The notes: generated by a model from the letters alone, not told the origin. 64,000 nucleotides of DNA from Pseudobutyrivibrio sp. (GCA_045617805.1 JAZLJM010000057.1:20998-84997); one strand, 5' to 3'; positions 9,588 to 20,476 are shown, counted from the first letter of the stretch. Numbers and translations: made by a program.

Positions 9588-11549
9588 CTACTCTATATTA
9601 TCGTATTTTATTAACGTAAGAACATTTTTATTATCCTTATATTCATATAAGACATTGTCCGCTATTGTAAATGCGATAAGCTTTCCCAATCCTCCCATTT
9701 GCAAATCAGGGTCAAAATCAGCTTCCTCTATTACGGAACTAGTCGGATCATAAGGATTTCCGTTGTCCTCAAAAACAATTTTTATTCGGTCTGAATGTTC
9801 AAAAATGAACCTTATTTTTCCATTTTCTACCTGCTCTGGGTCAGGAAATGCATACGAACAGATATTTACAAAAATCTCTTCTGCGGCTACGCATAGCTTA
9901 AGATTTTCTGAACGGGACAATCTGCTCCTATTTAGAATCGTGCTTCGAAGCTGGTCTATTTGAGACTCATCAGGCTTGATTTCAATTACAGTACGGTCAG
10001 TGAGTGTTAAAGACAACATTGTTATATCATCAAACTGCTCGCATCCACCCATAAAATCCTCAACGGAATGTTTTACATAATCTACTATATTTTCATCATC
10101 TACATACGAATATGCATACAGCGCTTTTTCCAGTCTTTCAAGCCCATAGAAGCTTCTGCCATTATCAACAGCCTCGGTAACGCCATCTGTAAAAAGAAAA
10201 ATAATATCACCTAGCTCAAGCAAAATCTCCTCTTGTGTGTACTTTTCATTTGAAAACAAGCCAAGAACAATATTTTTTGCCCCATCGAGTGGCTTGGGTT
10301 GATCACGAAACATGTATGGAACATTATGGCCCGCATTTGCATATGTAAGCATCTTTGTTTTTGGGTCATATAGTCCAAGAAATGCTGTAGTGAACAACAT
10401 TTTGGGATTGTGCTCTGACAATCTGTTATTGACCATTTCTAAGATTTCTGCAGGCTGGTAATTCATCATTGCGTACTGACGAATAAGTGATAAAGTAACC
10501 GCCATAAACAAGCATGCTGGAATGCCCTTTCCTGATACATCGGCAACACAAAAATATACTCTGCCATCCTCCATAATCATGTAATCGTACAAATCTCCAC
10601 CGACATTCTTTGCTGGAATCATTGTCGAATATATTTCATAATTATCGGATTTATACTCACCAGGCAGCAAAAAACCACTTTGAATTTTTGAAGCAATCTC
10701 CAGCTCAGCTTTTTCACGCTCCTGGACGTTGGAAATCTCACGAATATGCTCAAGATATTTATCTATATCTTTTATCATTTTATTGAAGGATGCCGCAATC
10801 ATCGCAAATTCATCGTCGCCACTATCATCCAATTGAATATTTTTACACTCATCATTTTGAATAAATTCTGTCATAGAATCACTTATCCGCTTCGCAGGAA
10901 TAAAGACTCTCTTTCGAATCATAAAGTACATAAATATTATCAAAAATAAAAACACACCTATCAAAATGTACACAAGCACCAAAAAGCTTTCGGCAATCAT
11001 TCTCATAAGACTCTTATATGAAAGACCCGCCTCTACAATCACCTCAGTACCATGGCTTTTTTCTGAAATAGCTAGCGCTTTTGTTGATTTTTCAAAATAC
11101 GATGCAATAAAATTTGATTCATTTTTTGTACTCAACAATTTATTTTCATCGGTATATGAAAATTCTTGCGTAGTTCCAATTAATTCTTCAAAATTATTTT
11201 TAGAAAATTCACTGTCTTCCTTTGACGAATATCCAAGATAAGTAATCTTCGTACAATTATCAGTTAAACAATAAATGCAGATATACTCAACTCTACCCCA
11301 TGTACAAAAGTAATCTGAATACAAATCAGCATCATCCTTACTTCTCATATCTACGGGTCTGCCCTCCACATTTGCCTGATAGGTTAACAAATCGCAAATT
11401 GTACTAGCAATAGCAACATTATAGCTGTGCACTTCCTTAAACATCATATTCGAGACAACTACAAAGGAACCAATTAAAAAAAGTAATAATCCTGTAATGA
11501 TTAGAACTGCAATCTTTATAGTAAGTTTTTTTGCAAGCGATTGTTTCAT
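9588..11549 (-). CDS. Membrane sensor: TM-extracellular-TM-HAMP-SpoIIE/PP2C phosphatase-RsbW-like HATPase kinase fusion
   Basis: Two TM segments, HAMP (DDEFAMIAASFNKM), PP2C motifs VGGDLYD, ADVSGKG, FTDG, DDIT; C-terminal EEIFVNICSYA, FEDNGNPYDP, GGLG. Confidence 0.85.
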   Translation of the reverse strand: MKQSLAKKLTIKIAVLIITGLLLFLIGSFVVVSNMMFKEVHSYNVAIASTICDLLTYQANVEGRPVDMRSKDDADLYSDYFCTWGRVEYICIYCLTDNCTKITYLGYSSKEDSEFSKNNFEELIGTTQEFSYTDENKLLSTKNESNFIASYFEKSTKALAISEKSHGTEVIVEAGLSYKSLMRMIAESFLVLVYILIGVFLFLIIFMYFMIRKRVFIPAKRISDSMTEFIQNDECKNIQLDDSGDDEFAMIAASFNKMIKDIDKYLEHIREISNVQEREKAELEIASKIQSGFLLPGEYKSDNYEIYSTMIPAKNVGGDLYDYMIMEDGRVYFCVADVSGKGIPACLFMAVTLSLIRQYAMMNYQPAEILEMVNNRLSEHNPKMLFTTAFLGLYDPKTKMLTYANAGHNVPYMFRDQPKPLDGAKNIVLGLFSNEKYTQEEILLELGDIIFLFTDGVTEAVDNGRSFYGLERLEKALYAYSYVDDENIVDYVKHSVEDFMGGCEQFDDITMLSLTLTDRTVIEIKPDESQIDQLRSTILNRSRLSRSENLKLCVAAEEIFVNICSYAFPDPEQVENGKIRFIFEHSDRIKIVFEDNGNPYDPTSSVIEEADFDPDLQMGGLGKLIAFTIADNVLYEYKDNKNVLTLIKYDNIE

Positions 11550-14500
11550 ACTTCCTCATCCTCAAAATAATCAAGTGTCATAAGACTTTCCAATGCACGC
11601 TCAAGATATGCAATATCAGGAAGTGGCCAAGAAAATCCCAGTCGATACAAAATATTTGTAGTAAATGTATTGTCAGACTCTACTCCGTGGAGGTCTGGAC
11701 GGTCATTTGTCATTAATCCCTGCAGCTTTTGATTTTCCTTTGTATCGGCAAGCAATCGATGGTAATCTGCATAATATTCCTTGTCTGGAACTGGCGTAAT
11801 CTTTATTCCCACGTGATTTGCCGCCTCTATCAGTTGTCGCTCATCAAATAAAAATCGGCTGTCAGCGCTAAACGCCGTAAACATATCATTTGTTCCTGCT
11901 AATAGAACTACAGCCCTTGCCGTCATATCTATTGGCGAAAAACTCATAACATCTGTCATATGGCTGGCTGGTGACTTTCCAATCACCGCAAAGCCTCGTA
12001 ACGCACTTAGAAAAGCATTTGTATTGAAATTGATTTGGAACTCGCCATCCTTATGTCGTCCCATTAGATTTCCAACACGGATAATCTTGCCACGCAAACC
12101 GTTTTTTATTGCCTCAAGCATCTTAAGCTCGGCATGATATTTGGAAATACTGTACTTATTTCCCATATCATCGATAACAAAAAGCCTGTCCTCATACATT
12201 TTTACACGCATTTTAAAGGTTTCTGCGGTGTGAACACCTGGAATTGAAACAGTAGAAATCTGTATCATACGTGCATTTTTCTCCACTGCCGATTTAATAA
12301 GATTTTCCACTCCACCGACATTGATTCTTTCGAGAATATCATCGGCTGCATAATGCTTAACGCATGCGGCACAATTTATTATCGTATCAAACGAAATATC
12401 CTTCAAAACCTCAGTTACATTGTCTGTTACATCTGCTTCAATTACGTTGACACGACTTTCAACAAGTTCCTCAAATGGGTCATCAAAATAGTAAATCAGC
12501 ATATTTCGAAGGCGTCTTTCTGGTGAAGCAAAGCTGCCACGACGTATTAAACAATAGATTTTTCCTTCTTCCGACTCAAGAAGCTCACGCAAAATGTGTA
12601 TTCCAAGGAATCCAACTGCTCCTGTCAAAACCACATCTCCTAGAGGTTCTCTTGTTAACTCTTCTGCATATTCAAGCGAATTGTATTTCAATTGCTCTGA
12701 ATAAACCATATTAACTGGCGAAGAGCTATTATCTTCCACAAATTCATCCTTTTTCTTTGCTGAATTCAATGAACCGATATAATCAGCAAGCTCTTCTGGT
12801 GTCGGATGGTCAAAAATATCCTGATATTGTACCTCAATACCTTTTGACATTAGCTGCATGATAACCTTTGATGCAGAAAGAGATGTTCCACCAAGCTCAA
12901 AGAAGCTATCATCAGCGTATACCTCGTCTAGGACTAACGCCTTTGCATACAATTCACAAAGCTCCTGCTCTAAGGATTTTTTCGGTGCTTTACGCCCCTT
13001 GCTCTTTCTTTCCTTCTTTACCTCTGGAAGTGCCTTTTTATCAATCTTTCCACTAGGTGTAAGCGGCATAGCCTCAAGCTGCATAAGGATATCAGGCACC
13101 ATGTAGTATGTAAGTCTTGACTTTAGGTATGCACTAAGACTTCCTGTATCAATCTCTTTTCCTGCTGTAAAGAAGCCTACGAGATAGTCCTCAGAGCCAT
13201 TATTTCGTACAACAACCTTTGCCTGTTTAATTTCCGAAAAGGCACAAATTGCTGCTTCGATTTCATCAAGCTCTACTCGATATCCACGCAATTTTACCTG
13301 ATTATCAAGGCGTCCTGCGAATTCTATTTCTCCCTTTTCATTAAAGCGTGCAAGGTCACCACTATGATAAGCACGAACTCCTTCTACCTCAAAATAAGAA
13401 GCTTTTGTTTTCTCAGGAAGATTTACATAGCCTCTTCCCACACCTTCACCTAAGATGATAAGCTCACCAAGTGCATATGGCGGCAATATTCGACCTGTCT
13501 TATCCATTATCAGGTATTGAAAGTTTGGCGCTGGAGAGCCGATAGTGATTTCTTCTGAAGGCGAAAGCAACTTCGCACTTGACGATACCGTACACTCTGT
13601 CGGGCCATATCCGTTATAAATATGAATATCCGGCGCAATCTTATATAATAACTCATACAACTCAGGCGAAAATACTTCCGCACCAACTAAAAGTATTTTG
13701 AGCTGTCGAACACACTCTTCAAAGCAGTCATTTCCAAGCAAATTTGTCAAGAAAGACGGCGTACACAGCATAACATCTACTTTATTATCCAAAATAAGCT
13801 TAGAAAGAGCTATTGGATTATGGACATCTGCTTCTTTAGCAACTACAACAGTCTTTCCCTGACTAAGCGGAAGAAGTATCTCTGGAATATGAATATCAAA
13901 AGAAACTGATCCCATCGCTATTTCTGTCTGTGCGGTATTACCACTTTCACAAAACTCTCTTGCTATACAAAATGTCTGAACAAAATTTGAAAGACCATGG
14001 TGCTCAATCATTACGCCCTTCGGATTGCCGGTGGAGCCTGAAGTATAAATACAGTATGCCAAATCACTAGTATCTGCTGTCTTTTCTGGATTTCCTGCAG
14101 CCTCACCTGCCATAAGCTCTTCTACTGTAAGAGCAACAAATCCTGCATCGCTTGTGAAAAGCTCCTTCCTCTCGTTCTTGATTTTTTCAGTCGTTATTAC
14201 AAAAGGACTCTTTGAATCCTTTAGGCAATAGCGAATTCTGTCGTCTGGATACTCAGGCAACATAGGAAGGAATGCACCCCCTGCCTTCAGTATTGAAAGC
14301 TCCGCTACCACAAGATTTGATGAACGTTCAAGAAGAACACCAACAACAGTATCTTTTTGCACCAAAAGACTTATCAATCGCGCTGCAAAACGGTTTGCAC
14401 GGTCGTTTAACTCCTTGTAGGTAAGCTTTTCTTCCCCACAGATTAACGCAATTGTATCTGGAGCTTCTAATACATGTTCTTCAAAAAGTCGACTTGCCGG

Positions 14501-17500
14501 AATATTTTTGAAAGGAAAAGCAGTATCATTTATGCGTGATAAAAATGTCTTCTGCTCATCCTTAAGCACAGAAATATCATCTGTCTTTTCTTTTTCTGTA
14601 AAGCCACAAAGTACCAAATCAAAGACCTTCAGCATGCTTGAAATCAATGATTCATTAAACATACTGCTCTCATAATCAGCACTAAGGATATACTTTCCAG
14701 CTTTTAGATTTACTGTAACAGTAATTGGCGCTTTGGCTACATCTGGAAGAACCTTTATAAACTCAGCTTCTTTTCCACAGAAGGTTTGCATATTAAATTC
14801 TTCTCCCTGGTAAACAAAGAGAATATCCGAATGGATTCCGTAAGCCGCACTGATTTCTGCAAAGGAATAAATATCATGCGACATAGTGTTTATAAGCTGT
14901 TCCTGAGTCGAACCAATAAGCTCTGCTATATCAGAATTTTCAGAAACACGAACCAGCATAGGAAGCGTCTTGACTAGCATAGTTACACAAAGGGATAGCC
15001 TTGAGTCGCTTCTGCCATTATAAATTGTGGTGTAAACTGCTTCTTCAAAATTACTAAAGAAATTTAAAGTATATGCAAAGGCAGCATTAAAGAACGCATT
15101 TTCAGTAAATCCGTGCTTGCGACAGTATTCAGTTACTGAAGAAACAGCCGTATCTGCTGTGCGCATTACATTTTTAGCACCCTGCTCACTTGCCCTTGCA
15201 GCCTTTGGTGGCAAACAGTTAGCATCACATCCGCGGAAAATTCCGTCGTAATACTCTTTGGCTTCTTCGAATCTTTCAGATGCCCTGTTTTTCTCCTCTA
15301 AAAGAGCAGCCTCAAAGCCTGTGTAGCGCTCCTTTTTTATCTCCCTGTCACAATATGCTTTATCAATTGCATCTATAAATATATTTTCAGAGACACCATC
15401 CATCACAATATGGTGGCAATCCATAAAGAAATAATTTCCTTCATTTGTCTCATAAATGGATACTCTGCAAAGCGGCGAACCAAGCAATGTAAACGGATAA
15501 ACCAATTCTTCCGCTTTTGGCTGTTTATCGCACTTTATTATCTCAACAGATATTTTTTTCTCATCATCTCTTTTTGCTCGAATATTTCCATCCTTATCAG
15601 CAAAAAGCTCAGTTTTCAAATAAGGATGAGCATCAATAGCTTTTTCAACTGCACTGGCAAGTTTATTTATATCTGTCGTGCTATCAAGCTTTACAAGTAG
15701 AGGTATATTGTATGTTACCGAATTTGGATTTCCTACACATTCGATATAGATTCCCATCTGTGTCTGTGTAATCGGATAATCCTCTTGGATTTCAAAGACT
15801 TCTTCTACAGTGCCTTCACTTAAAAATTCCTCAAGCTCTCTTATTGTCCTGTTTTCAGCAAGGTCAGTTATCTTTACTGGAACCGAAAAAGCTTCTGATA
15901 GTTCAACATTTAATCGCACCGAACCAATTGAAGTAAGACCAGCTTCATAGATGTCAGTATCAATTCCAAAGCCAGCATGTCCAATTACATTCTTTACAAT
16001 GTCAAAGATTTTCTTTTGAAGCTCTGTTTTTGGTTCAACCACTTCAGCAGAAGAAAACTCTGGCACTGGAAGCGCCTTACGATTAACCTTTTGATTCTGA
16101 TTTAACGGAATTTTGTCAATTTGCATAGTGACTGCAGGAACCATATACACTGGTTTTTCCGATTTTATAAAGCTGTAAAGGTCATCTATATCCACTTTTT
16201 CATCGGACACTACATATGCAGCCAGATATTTTCCACCGGCTGGTTCTGTATACGCAACAACAGTTGCATCCTTTATTCCATCAAAACGTCTGATTACTTC
16301 CTCTACTTCACTTAATTCAATTCTAAAGCCTCGTATCTTGACCTGGTCATCGTGACGGCCAATGAAATCAAGGCGACCATCAGGAAGAAATCGGACAATG
16401 TCTCCTGTGCGATAAACCCTGCTGTATGCTTCATCCTTTGAAAATGGGTTATCCAAATATGCATCTTTTGTCTTTTCTGGGAGATTGATATATCCCTTGC
16501 TGACCTGTCGACCCGCAATCAAAAGCTCTCCCGGGGCACCGATAGGAAGTCGATTCATATGTCTATCAACAACATAACCCCTGTCATATGGATTAATTGT
16601 TCCAATAGGAATTCTTAAAGAATGTTCCTTTACTATCTGTGTTGCTACAAATGCGGTGCACTCTGTAGGGCCATATCCATTACAAATATCAAAAGAAAAG
16701 CCTGATGTATCAAGAGGTATCAGCACTTCACCACCCAGGAATAAATATTTTAGATATGGCGACTTTGTAAGCAGCGCGTACTGTCTTCCAACCTGCGTAG
16801 TCATAAAGGCATGAGTTATTTTATTTTTAGTATAGTATGCATCAAGAACCTTTAAATCAAGACGAATATCCTCTGAAATGATGTGAATTGTACCGCCATT
16901 TGCAGGGATTGTCACAAGATCCATCATGCAGGCATCAAAGCCATAGGAAGCATAACAGGCATTTACTGTATCCTTCCCAAGATTAAACCTTTTCCTTGCA
17001 ATTTGAGCTAAAGCTGAGACATTTCCTTGGGTAAGCATTGCACCCTTAGGGTTTCCAGTTGTTCCGCTGGTATAAAGAAGAATGAAAAGATCTTCCATAC
17101 TGTTTTTTACATTTATCATAGACGCTTCTTTAAGCGACATAACATCTTCTAAATACAGACGCGGACCAGAAAAATTATTTATCCTTCCTTCGAGTTCATG
17201 GGTGGTAACAAGTAGCTTAGCCCCTGAATTTTCCACCATAAAGGATAGTCTTTCCGAAGGGTACGACGAATCAAGCGGCTCATAAGCACAACCCGCTTTT
17301 AATATTCCATAAGTCGCAAGCACAATCCATTCATTTCTTGGAATAAGTACAGCCGCCACATCATTTGGCTTCATACCGAGGTTAACAATAAATCCTGCAA
17401 TTTTATTTGCAATTGTATCAGCCTCTTCATAAGAAATATGCTTATCGCCACAAACCACAAGCTCGTGCTTTGGATTACTTCTAACCTGATCCTGGAAAAA

Positions 17501-20476
17501 TTCCATAACCGTCTTCTGCTCAAAGACTTCTTTGCTGTCACAAAATGAATCCAGCACCTCCTCCTGCTTCGTTGAAAGAAGTTCCAACTCACTTAAATAC
17601 TCCTTTGTCAGAAATTCATTAACTACCTGACAGGTTGCATCTGCAAAGGCCTTAATTATCTCTTCTGCGAACAAATCACTTCTGTAGCGGAAGCTGAGAC
17701 GGTACGAATCTTCATCCTTAAACACCATCAAGGTCAGCTTATTCATAGCATCCGGATTCTCAATTCCAACAACCGGGTACTCTTTTTTTGAAAGCTTAAG
17801 CGTACTAAAGCTATTGCCCTGGTAAACAAATGAAAAATCAGTACTTAAGCTATACTGCTTTACTACCTCACTAAATGGAAAAATATCATTTGCAACACAA
17901 TCACTAAAATCCTTCTGAAGGCCGCAAATATAGTCTGAAACACTATTTTCTACTGTTAAATCCGAAGGAATAACCAGCGTTTTTACAAGCATTCCAGCCG
18001 TGTTAAAGGTCATAGAGGTATGGCGTCCGCTTTCACCAACACTAACCAGTGCCTGGTCTGTTCCATTATATTTGCAAAGCACATATGAAAATGCGGCAAG
18101 AAATAGCGAATTTTCAGTCAAATTATTGCTCTTTATAAATTTCAGCAGCTCTTCCTTATTTGGCGTTACTGACACATTTACAGTAGCAAGCGTCGATTTT
18201 CCCTTGTCTGGAAAATCACACGTGAAATCATTAGAAATATCTATATCTGAGAATTTGTTTGTATAGAATTCCCTAGCTTTTTCGTATCTATCTGTCTTTT
18301 GAAGCGCATCTTCATAAGCGGATAAATCAAAGGCAGACGTACGCTCCTCATAAATATCCACTCCATCATATATTTTTTCAATTTCAGAAAGAAGAATAGA
18401 CAGCGTTGTGCCATCAAATACAACATGATGTGCGTCAAGAGCAAGCACCTTTTCATGCTCATTTTCAAAAAGGCATGCTCGAATTAATTCTTTGCCAGAA
18501 AGGTCAAATGGCTGAACAAATTCCCTAAGGTCAGCCTCTATATCTGTGCTGTTTTTATGCTGTACACTAAATTGCCTATCGTCAGGAACCATACAAGGTA
18601 CTTTATTTTGTATATCGATACTACAGTGATAAGCCTTATGATTATTCACAGCCCTTGCAACAGCATCAATAAGCCTTTTTGAATCTACATCAGTAGATAA
18701 GGTTATACTTATTGGATTATTATACATAAGGCTTTCTGGCTTTTGAATTGCCTCCAGATATACCCCCAACTGAGAAGTAGTCAAAGGATACTCCGACCTT
18801 TCAACCCTATCAAATTCAGGCTCATCTGCACCACCATTTTCTATCAGCTTTGCAATAAGAGCAGGCGTCCTTCCCTGTATAAATATCTGCGCATCAAGTG
18901 GAAGATCATCCAGCATATTGATAGCTTCCATTGCCTTGACAGAATCGCCGCCAAGAAGGAAAAAGTCATCATTTCTTCCTACATTTTCACAAGAAAGCAC
19001 CTTTTCAAACGCCTTACAAAGAGCCTCCTCAAGCTTATTTAAAGGCTTCACATATTCACTCTTATACGCAGAAAAATCAGGCTCAGGAAGATTTTTTCGG
19101 TCCAATTTTCCATTTGGATTTATTGGCAGCTTATCCATTTGGATATAGAAGGATGGAACCATATACGAAGTGAGATTTATTGTACAGTACTCCTTTAACT
19201 TTTCAGGCGATATAGACTCCTCGCTTGTATAATATGCTGCAAGGTAAGTGATTCCGTTTTTTGCAGTAAAATCTCTGATAACAGCCTCTTTTATCCCTGG
19301 AAAACGGCGAATTGTACCCTCGACCTCACCTGGCTCGACACGCTGACCATTGATTTTTATCATCCAGTCCTTGCGCTCAACAAAAACAAGATTTCCATCA
19401 TCAAGACGCGTAACAATATCCCCTGTTCTAAACATTCGATCATAACCGTCAATTTCTTTAAAAGGATTTTTAACAAATACTCTCTTTGTTTCCTTTTCAC
19501 GATTCAGATACCCTTTTGCCAAATATCCTGAAATACAGAGCTCGCCTGTGACTACCTCTTGATTATTATCATCTAAAACGTATGCCTTTTCTTCACCAAC
19601 TGGTTTACCAATTGGCGTATTATCATATTTTTTATCGATTGCAAAAGCTAAAATTGCACCAAAGGTTTCTGTCGAACCGTATCCATTCACGACGACAGGG
19701 TTCCCATCAAAAAATATATCCCTGATTCTTTCTGAACCCACAGAAATAAACTTCAACGATGAATTATGTTGAAGCATAAAATCAACCATTCTTGGTGGAA
19801 TAAATGAAGACTCGATATTATTTTCATCATAATAAGCAGCTAATTTGTATGGGTCTCGACGGATTTCATCTGAAACAATATAAAGATGCTTTGCCATAGA
19901 CATAGCAGCAAGAAAAAGTGATATACCAACTATAAACGTAAAAGGAGCCACCAAACCAGCAATATCATTTTTTTCTGTATCATCTGCTTCTTCTCTGGAA
20001 ATATTTCTGTCTATTACCGCTGCAATAGAATAAAAATCATGAATTACACCTTTCGGATTACCAGTAGAACCCGATGTATAAATCACGATTCCTTCATCAG
20101 AAAGTTCACCAATATAAGGCTCTGTTGTCATAGACATATCCATAGCCTTGATAAACTCAGAATTTATTGTAAGCTCACACTTTGAATCATTTTTTATATA
20201 CAAAAGTCTTTCTTCAGGATAGTCATCAGAAAGAGGAATCGCAACTGCTCCACAAAACCAGCATCCCAAAAGCGCTCCCGCATACTCCTTACTCCTAGGA
20301 ATCTCAACAATAATACGACTTTTAGGCCCTGCGCCCTTTGCCCTCAAATTCGCAGCTATCACCAAACCATAATTCAGCAGCTCCCCATAAGTAAATGTAC
20401 TGAATTCATCTGATACAGCCGACTTATCCTCATTTTCTTTTACAATTCTTAAAAATGTCTCAATAAAATGCTCCAT
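11546..20476 (-). CDS. Trimodular NRPS, A-T-C-A-T-C-A-T-R (terminal thioester reductase)
   Basis: Three YTSG(S/T)TGNPKG A3 motifs; T-domain Ser motifs GGDS, GLTS, GGTS; C domains HHVVFDG and HHIVMDG; R domain TGAVGFLG, NCAA, YSISK, RVGNL. Confidence 0.95.
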   Translation of the reverse strand: MEHFIETFLRIVKENEDKSAVSDEFSTFTYGELLNYGLVIAANLRAKGAGPKSRIIVEIPRSKEYAGALLGCWFCGAVAIPLSDDYPEERLLYIKNDSKCELTINSEFIKAMDMSMTTEPYIGELSDEGIVIYTSGSTGNPKGVIHDFYSIAAVIDRNISREEADDTEKNDIAGLVAPFTFIVGISLFLAAMSMAKHLYIVSDEIRRDPYKLAAYYDENNIESSFIPPRMVDFMLQHNSSLKFISVGSERIRDIFFDGNPVVVNGYGSTETFGAILAFAIDKKYDNTPIGKPVGEEKAYVLDDNNQEVVTGELCISGYLAKGYLNREKETKRVFVKNPFKEIDGYDRMFRTGDIVTRLDDGNLVFVERKDWMIKINGQRVEPGEVEGTIRRFPGIKEAVIRDFTAKNGITYLAAYYTSEESISPEKLKEYCTINLTSYMVPSFYIQMDKLPINPNGKLDRKNLPEPDFSAYKSEYVKPLNKLEEALCKAFEKVLSCENVGRNDDFFLLGGDSVKAMEAINMLDDLPLDAQIFIQGRTPALIAKLIENGGADEPEFDRVERSEYPLTTSQLGVYLEAIQKPESLMYNNPISITLSTDVDSKRLIDAVARAVNNHKAYHCSIDIQNKVPCMVPDDRQFSVQHKNSTDIEADLREFVQPFDLSGKELIRACLFENEHEKVLALDAHHVVFDGTTLSILLSEIEKIYDGVDIYEERTSAFDLSAYEDALQKTDRYEKAREFYTNKFSDIDISNDFTCDFPDKGKSTLATVNVSVTPNKEELLKFIKSNNLTENSLFLAAFSYVLCKYNGTDQALVSVGESGRHTSMTFNTAGMLVKTLVIPSDLTVENSVSDYICGLQKDFSDCVANDIFPFSEVVKQYSLSTDFSFVYQGNSFSTLKLSKKEYPVVGIENPDAMNKLTLMVFKDEDSYRLSFRYRSDLFAEEIIKAFADATCQVVNEFLTKEYLSELELLSTKQEEVLDSFCDSKEVFEQKTVMEFFQDQVRSNPKHELVVCGDKHISYEEADTIANKIAGFIVNLGMKPNDVAAVLIPRNEWIVLATYGILKAGCAYEPLDSSYPSERLSFMVENSGAKLLVTTHELEGRINNFSGPRLYLEDVMSLKEASMINVKNSMEDLFILLYTSGTTGNPKGAMLTQGNVSALAQIARKRFNLGKDTVNACYASYGFDACMMDLVTIPANGGTIHIISEDIRLDLKVLDAYYTKNKITHAFMTTQVGRQYALLTKSPYLKYLFLGGEVLIPLDTSGFSFDICNGYGPTECTAFVATQIVKEHSLRIPIGTINPYDRGYVVDRHMNRLPIGAPGELLIAGRQVSKGYINLPEKTKDAYLDNPFSKDEAYSRVYRTGDIVRFLPDGRLDFIGRHDDQVKIRGFRIELSEVEEVIRRFDGIKDATVVAYTEPAGGKYLAAYVVSDEKVDIDDLYSFIKSEKPVYMVPAVTMQIDKIPLNQNQKVNRKALPVPEFSSAEVVEPKTELQKKIFDIVKNVIGHAGFGIDTDIYEAGLTSIGSVRLNVELSEAFSVPVKITDLAENRTIRELEEFLSEGTVEEVFEIQEDYPITQTQMGIYIECVGNPNSVTYNIPLLVKLDSTTDINKLASAVEKAIDAHPYLKTELFADKDGNIRAKRDDEKKISVEIIKCDKQPKAEELVYPFTLLGSPLCRVSIYETNEGNYFFMDCHHIVMDGVSENIFIDAIDKAYCDREIKKERYTGFEAALLEEKNRASERFEEAKEYYDGIFRGCDANCLPPKAARASEQGAKNVMRTADTAVSSVTEYCRKHGFTENAFFNAAFAYTLNFFSNFEEAVYTTIYNGRSDSRLSLCVTMLVKTLPMLVRVSENSDIAELIGSTQEQLINTMSHDIYSFAEISAAYGIHSDILFVYQGEEFNMQTFCGKEAEFIKVLPDVAKAPITVTVNLKAGKYILSADYESSMFNESLISSMLKVFDLVLCGFTEKEKTDDISVLKDEQKTFLSRINDTAFPFKNIPASRLFEEHVLEAPDTIALICGEEKLTYKELNDRANRFAARLISLLVQKDTVVGVLLERSSNLVVAELSILKAGGAFLPMLPEYPDDRIRYCLKDSKSPFVITTEKIKNERKELFTSDAGFVALTVEELMAGEAAGNPEKTADTSDLAYCIYTSGSTGNPKGVMIEHHGLSNFVQTFCIAREFCESGNTAQTEIAMGSVSFDIHIPEILLPLSQGKTVVVAKEADVHNPIALSKLILDNKVDVMLCTPSFLTNLLGNDCFEECVRQLKILLVGAEVFSPELYELLYKIAPDIHIYNGYGPTECTVSSSAKLLSPSEEITIGSPAPNFQYLIMDKTGRILPPYALGELIILGEGVGRGYVNLPEKTKASYFEVEGVRAYHSGDLARFNEKGEIEFAGRLDNQVKLRGYRVELDEIEAAICAFSEIKQAKVVVRNNGSEDYLVGFFTAGKEIDTGSLSAYLKSRLTYYMVPDILMQLEAMPLTPSGKIDKKALPEVKKERKSKGRKAPKKSLEQELCELYAKALVLDEVYADDSFFELGGTSLSASKVIMQLMSKGIEVQYQDIFDHPTPEELADYIGSLNSAKKKDEFVEDNSSSPVNMVYSEQLKYNSLEYAEELTREPLGDVVLTGAVGFLGIHILRELLESEEGKIYCLIRRGSFASPERRLRNMLIYYFDDPFEELVESRVNVIEADVTDNVTEVLKDISFDTIINCAACVKHYAADDILERINVGGVENLIKSAVEKNARMIQISTVSIPGVHTAETFKMRVKMYEDRLFVIDDMGNKYSISKYHAELKMLEAIKNGLRGKIIRVGNLMGRHKDGEFQINFNTNAFLSALRGFAVIGKSPASHMTDVMSFSPIDMTARAVVLLAGTNDMFTAFSADSRFLFDERQLIEAANHVGIKITPVPDKEYYADYHRLLADTKENQKLQGLMTNDRPDLHGVESDNTFTTNILYRLGFSWPLPDIAYLERALESLMTLDYFEDEEV

